DNA of 64,000 bases from an uncultured delta proteobacterium (GTDB taxonomy: Bacteria > Myxococcota_A > Polyangia > Polyangiales > Houyiibacteriaceae): assembly GCA_963699755.1 (NCBI GenBank), contig CAVOVB010000007.1, positions 1 to 64,000 of the forward strand, given 5' to 3'. Below the pieces are notes generated by a model. The model was not told where the DNA came from, ran no database searches, and saw nothing but the letters and a program-made list of their open reading frames with translations. The translations under genes were made by a program, and so were the position numbers. Positions 60,516 through 64,000 of this stretch are shown here, piece after piece; positions within the stretch are counted from its first letter, which is position 1; each line of letters begins with the position of its first letter.

Positions 60516-60941
60516 ATGTCCGACGCTTGCTTTTCAACCGCTCAATCACCCGTGATTCTGCGATTTTGCGCCCACCTGACCCTGGCGGCATTGTTGTTCG
60601 TAGGATCTCGGAGCGGCCATCTGATGCTCGTCGAGCATGGACGTTGCGCAGAGCATGGAGAGATCGTTCACGGCACCGAGGTTCATCACCTCGCGACCCC
60701 GAGGCCTTCGAGCGGTGCCCGCGCCGGAACGCTCGCGGACCGACGGCCGGCTGAAGCCGGTGAACACGAGCATTGCGCGCTCAACGCCAACCGGCGAGAA
60801 GCCAGTCTCGACATCGACCACGCCGGCGTTGCCGTCGGGTCTCTTCACGAAGAGCAAACGCTTGCGCCGGTGGTACGCGATCGTCCGCCGGGCATAGGCG
60901 CGCGCTTCCGGGTCGCCCCCAAGACCTCGCCCCCCGCCTGA
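60516..60941 (+). CDS. His-rich small protein preceding the TonB-dependent receptor (DUF2946-like)
   Basis: HLMLVEHGRCAEHGEIVH..EHEHC..RVAPKTSPP. Confidence 0.65.
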   Translation: MSDACFSTAQSPVILRFCAHLTLAALLFVGSRSGHLMLVEHGRCAEHGEIVHGTEVHHLATPRPSSGARAGTLADRRPAEAGEHEHCALNANRREASLDIDHAGVAVGSLHEEQTLAPVVRDRPPGIGARFRVAPKTSPPA

Positions 60942-60996
60942 GCCGCCGCTTTGGAGACGAGCTGGCCCTTCTTGGCGGGCCGCGCAGGCACGTCAC

Positions 60997-63660
60997 GTGA
61001 TGGCAGGGACACATGGGTTGCGAGTGAAACGGATTGGATTCGAAAATGCGTCGATCGTGCTGCTTGGGGCAATCGCCCTCGTTGCAGGCGCACCGGTGCG
61101 GGCACAGGAAGCAGACGCTGGAGTCGATCTGGAAGCGAGCGCCGACGCGGACGCTGGAGCCGAAGCCTCCACGGACCTCCACCCTCCCCACCTCCTCGAG
61201 GCTCCACCTCCGCGATACCCTGCCGGTCGAGAGGAACAGGGGCTCCATCCGACCGTGATCCTTCGCATTACGGTCACCGCAACCGGAGCGGTGACCGACA
61301 TCGTCGTCGAGCACTCGGCGGGGACGGAGTTCGACGCGGAGGCGGTGCGCGCCGTGAAGGGATGGACATTCGAGCCGGCAACGCGGGGTGACGTGCCCGT
61401 ATCCAGCCGAGTACGGGTCGCCGTCCATTTCGAGCCGACATCCGCGAGAGTGCCACACGAGGGCGAGACCCACGAGCCCCAACAAGCTCCGCACGTGGTG
61501 GATACCCCGCCCTCACCGAACGTTCCTGCAGCTGTCTCCCCTGCCACCGCTGCTGAAGAGGAGCCGAAACCAAAGGCTGGATTCAGCACCACGGCCGAGG
61601 TCGATCCTGAGAAGCTTCGGGCCCAAGACCGAGGCGCCGCGGACTTCACGATCGACCGCAAGGTACTAGACGCCGCGCCGGCCCAGACCGCCAATGATCT
61701 ACTTGCCCGAGCGCCCGGCCTCTACGTCGCCAACGTCGAAGGTGACGCGGCCGGCGGCTTCCTCTATCTGCGCGGTTTCGACTCGGAGCACGGCCAGGAC
61801 ATCGAGCTCAAGCTGGGCGATGTTCCCCTGAATCAGCCCTCGAACATTCATGGGCAAGGCTACGCCTACATCAACTTCATCGTGCCCGAAGCCGTACGCG
61901 AGCTACGCGTGATCGAAGGCGTGTACGACCCGGAGCAGGGTGATTTCGCCGTCGCCGGCACTGTCAAGTTCGACATGGGCGTCGAGCAGCGCGGGGTCTA
62001 CGCCAAGAGCGAGTTCGGCTCGTTCAAGACATTTCGACAGGTCGCGATCTTCGCACCCAAGGGCAAGGACCCGGACACCTTCGGCGCCTTTCAGCTCCGA
62101 CGCTCCGATGGATTCGGGCAGAACCGCGATGGCCTCGACGGCTCGGCGATGTTCCAAATTGGCTTCGGCAAAGAGGAGTGGCGCCACCGGGTCCACGGAG
62201 CCTTCTGGGGCGCGCGCTACAACTCGGCTGGCGTACTTCGAGCCGACGACATTGCCGACGGGACCGTCGGCTTCTACGACGTCTACCCCTACCCGACCGC
62301 GCGCGCGCAAAACACGTTCAACGCGGGCGGCATCCTCGGCGTCCACGGCGAGCACCGTGGCGAAAACCGCAAGAACACCAGCTACGACGTCTACGTCCAG
62401 CTCCTCGATTTTCGCATCCAGCAGAACTTCACCGGTTTTCTCCAGACCTCACGCGCATCTCCGAACTTCTTCGGCCGCGGCGATCTCATCGAGCAGCGCG
62501 ACCGCCGCATCGTGCTCGGCGGGAAGGCCCGGCACCGCACCGCACGCTTTGAGCCTTCCGAGTACGCCAAGGGCACCATCGAGATAGGCACCTCGGCGCG
62601 CGTCGACCTCATCAATCCACAGCAGCAGAACCTTCTCGAGGCCCCGGCAAACCAAACCTGGGATGAGCGCGTCGACGCCAACATCGTGCAGGCCGACATC
62701 GGGCTCTTCGTCGACCTCGACTGGGACTTCAGCAAATACTTCAACCTCAAGGGCGGGGTTCGTGCCGATGTATTGTTCTTCGACATCGACAGCAGGCTCG
62801 GCAACCGCATTCCGGCGTTCCGACCTGAAAACTTCATCCAGGGCTTTCGGCGAACGGCAGCCGGCATCGTCGCGGGCCCACGCCTCGCAGCGACCGGCAA
62901 GCCCACCGAATGGTTCGACATCATCGCGTCCTACGGCGAGGGGTTCCGCTCGCCGCAGGCACGCACGCTGAGCGACAGCGAAATCGCCCCGTTCAGTAAA
63001 GTGCGCTCCGTCGACTTCGGGGTTCGTTTCCGGCTCTTCCCCGAGGAGCAGCTCAAGCTCACGCTGACCGGCTACCGAACCTGGCTCGACAACGACGTAT
63101 TCTTCGAAGCGGCAGAGGGCCGGCTCGAGAACATCGGACCCACGAGCCGCACCGGCTTCGTCTTCTATGCGACCACCAATCCGTTGCCCTGGCTCGTCGG
63201 TGCGCTCTCGGTCACCTACGTGAACGCCGTTCTCGAAGGCCCGCCCCCACCCACGGTCGAGAACCCAACGCCTCCCTTCGATGAGGGCGACCTGCTTCCG
63301 TTCGTCCCGCCGTGGGTGATTCGGCTCGACGTCGGCGCCGGTGACGATCTCGTCGACCTTTGGAAGTATCCGCTGCACGGCCACATCGGGCTCGGCTACA
63401 CCTACCTCGGGTCCAGGTCTCTCCCGTTCGGTCAGTTCGCCGAACCGTTTTCGCTCGTGGACCTCTCCGCTCGCCTGTCCTGGTGGTTCCTCGAGCTGGG
63501 CTTCCAGGTCTTCAACCTCGCCGACAACCAGTACGCGGGCAACGAGTTCGTCTTCGTCTCGGACTGGGACCCGGCGTCCCCTCCTTCACGGGTGCCGGCG
63601 CGCCACCTCAGTGCAGGCCGGCCACGCACGTTCTTTTTCACGCTGGGGATTCGCCTATGA
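60997..63660 (+). CDS. TonB-dependent receptor with an N-terminal TonB C-terminal-like domain
   Basis: PPPRYP..WTFEPA; YLRGFDSEHGQD..HGQGYA plug; C-terminal GRPRTFFFTLGIRL. Confidence 0.9.
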   Translation: MMAGTHGLRVKRIGFENASIVLLGAIALVAGAPVRAQEADAGVDLEASADADAGAEASTDLHPPHLLEAPPPRYPAGREEQGLHPTVILRITVTATGAVTDIVVEHSAGTEFDAEAVRAVKGWTFEPATRGDVPVSSRVRVAVHFEPTSARVPHEGETHEPQQAPHVVDTPPSPNVPAAVSPATAAEEEPKPKAGFSTTAEVDPEKLRAQDRGAADFTIDRKVLDAAPAQTANDLLARAPGLYVANVEGDAAGGFLYLRGFDSEHGQDIELKLGDVPLNQPSNIHGQGYAYINFIVPEAVRELRVIEGVYDPEQGDFAVAGTVKFDMGVEQRGVYAKSEFGSFKTFRQVAIFAPKGKDPDTFGAFQLRRSDGFGQNRDGLDGSAMFQIGFGKEEWRHRVHGAFWGARYNSAGVLRADDIADGTVGFYDVYPYPTARAQNTFNAGGILGVHGEHRGENRKNTSYDVYVQLLDFRIQQNFTGFLQTSRASPNFFGRGDLIEQRDRRIVLGGKARHRTARFEPSEYAKGTIEIGTSARVDLINPQQQNLLEAPANQTWDERVDANIVQADIGLFVDLDWDFSKYFNLKGGVRADVLFFDIDSRLGNRIPAFRPENFIQGFRRTAAGIVAGPRLAATGKPTEWFDIIASYGEGFRSPQARTLSDSEIAPFSKVRSVDFGVRFRLFPEEQLKLTLTGYRTWLDNDVFFEAAEGRLENIGPTSRTGFVFYATTNPLPWLVGALSVTYVNAVLEGPPPPTVENPTPPFDEGDLLPFVPPWVIRLDVGAGDDLVDLWKYPLHGHIGLGYTYLGSRSLPFGQFAEPFSLVDLSARLSWWFLELGFQVFNLADNQYAGNEFVFVSDWDPASPPSRVPARHLSAGRPRTFFFTLGIRL

Positions 63661-64000
63661 CGCGGTTCCTCCCGCTCGCCGTGCTCGTGCTCCTCGTCGC
63701 CTGCGGTCAAACCCAAGGCGCCTTCGTCGAGATCCCCTTTGAAGGCGCTGGAACCACGCCCGAGACGTTCACCAAAGACGGCTGGGAGGTCACGCTCACG
63801 CAGGCGACGCTGGGCTTCGGCCCGATCTACTTCTGTGCCACCGACAGCCAGTCGCCGGAACGCTGCGGGGTGGCGATTGCCGAGTATCTCGAAGGCACGA
63901 CGCTCGACGGGCTCGACCCGGCACCCCAACCGATCGGACTCATCGAGGGCACCACTGGAATCGTCCGTTCGACTTTTTTCGACTACGGCATCGTGTGGCT
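63657..64000 (+). CDS. Lipoprotein coupled to the receptor (3'-truncated by window)
   Basis: MTRFLPLAVLVLLVACGQ..GWEVTLTQATLGFGPIYFC. Confidence 0.75.
   Translation, partial: MTRFLPLAVLVLLVACGQTQGAFVEIPFEGAGTTPETFTKDGWEVTLTQATLGFGPIYFCATDSQSPERCGVAIAEYLEGTTLDGLDPAPQPIGLIEGTTGIVRSTFFDYGIVW

Overview
High-GC window, probably Myxococcota (inferred from Gly-linker/Cys-rich lipoproteins and a TonB-fused receptor). Bases 1-7200 are a lipoprotein cluster and 60500-64000 is a TonB-dependent uptake locus. Between them is a ~52 kb mosaic, decaying accessory region containing an internally deleted tyrosine integrase, tRNA att fragments, an IS91-family transposase, MobC/relaxase, a RAYT-like HUH gene, many IS (IS1111, IS30, IS3, IS1202, IS4) and unrelated cargo. 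The main unexplained structure is a ~100-bp element present in 11 full or partial copies, all co-oriented, from 11011 to 59512. Its layout is GCTCTCTTAGCCC plus a hairpin, then a dif-like 11-6-11 Xer-type site (e.g. TTGCGCGGTAC-TAGATC-TTATGTCGCCA), then an IS91 oriIS-like end (GCNTTTG-N6-CTAT). Neighbouring genes are cut at its ends and its left and right halves are reassorted between copies. Three different IS have inserted at specific points in it, two of them with visible matching guide segments. Working hypothesis (inference): a rolling-circle mini-element plants Xer sites, and XerCD then assembles the intervening DNA into an integron-like module array.
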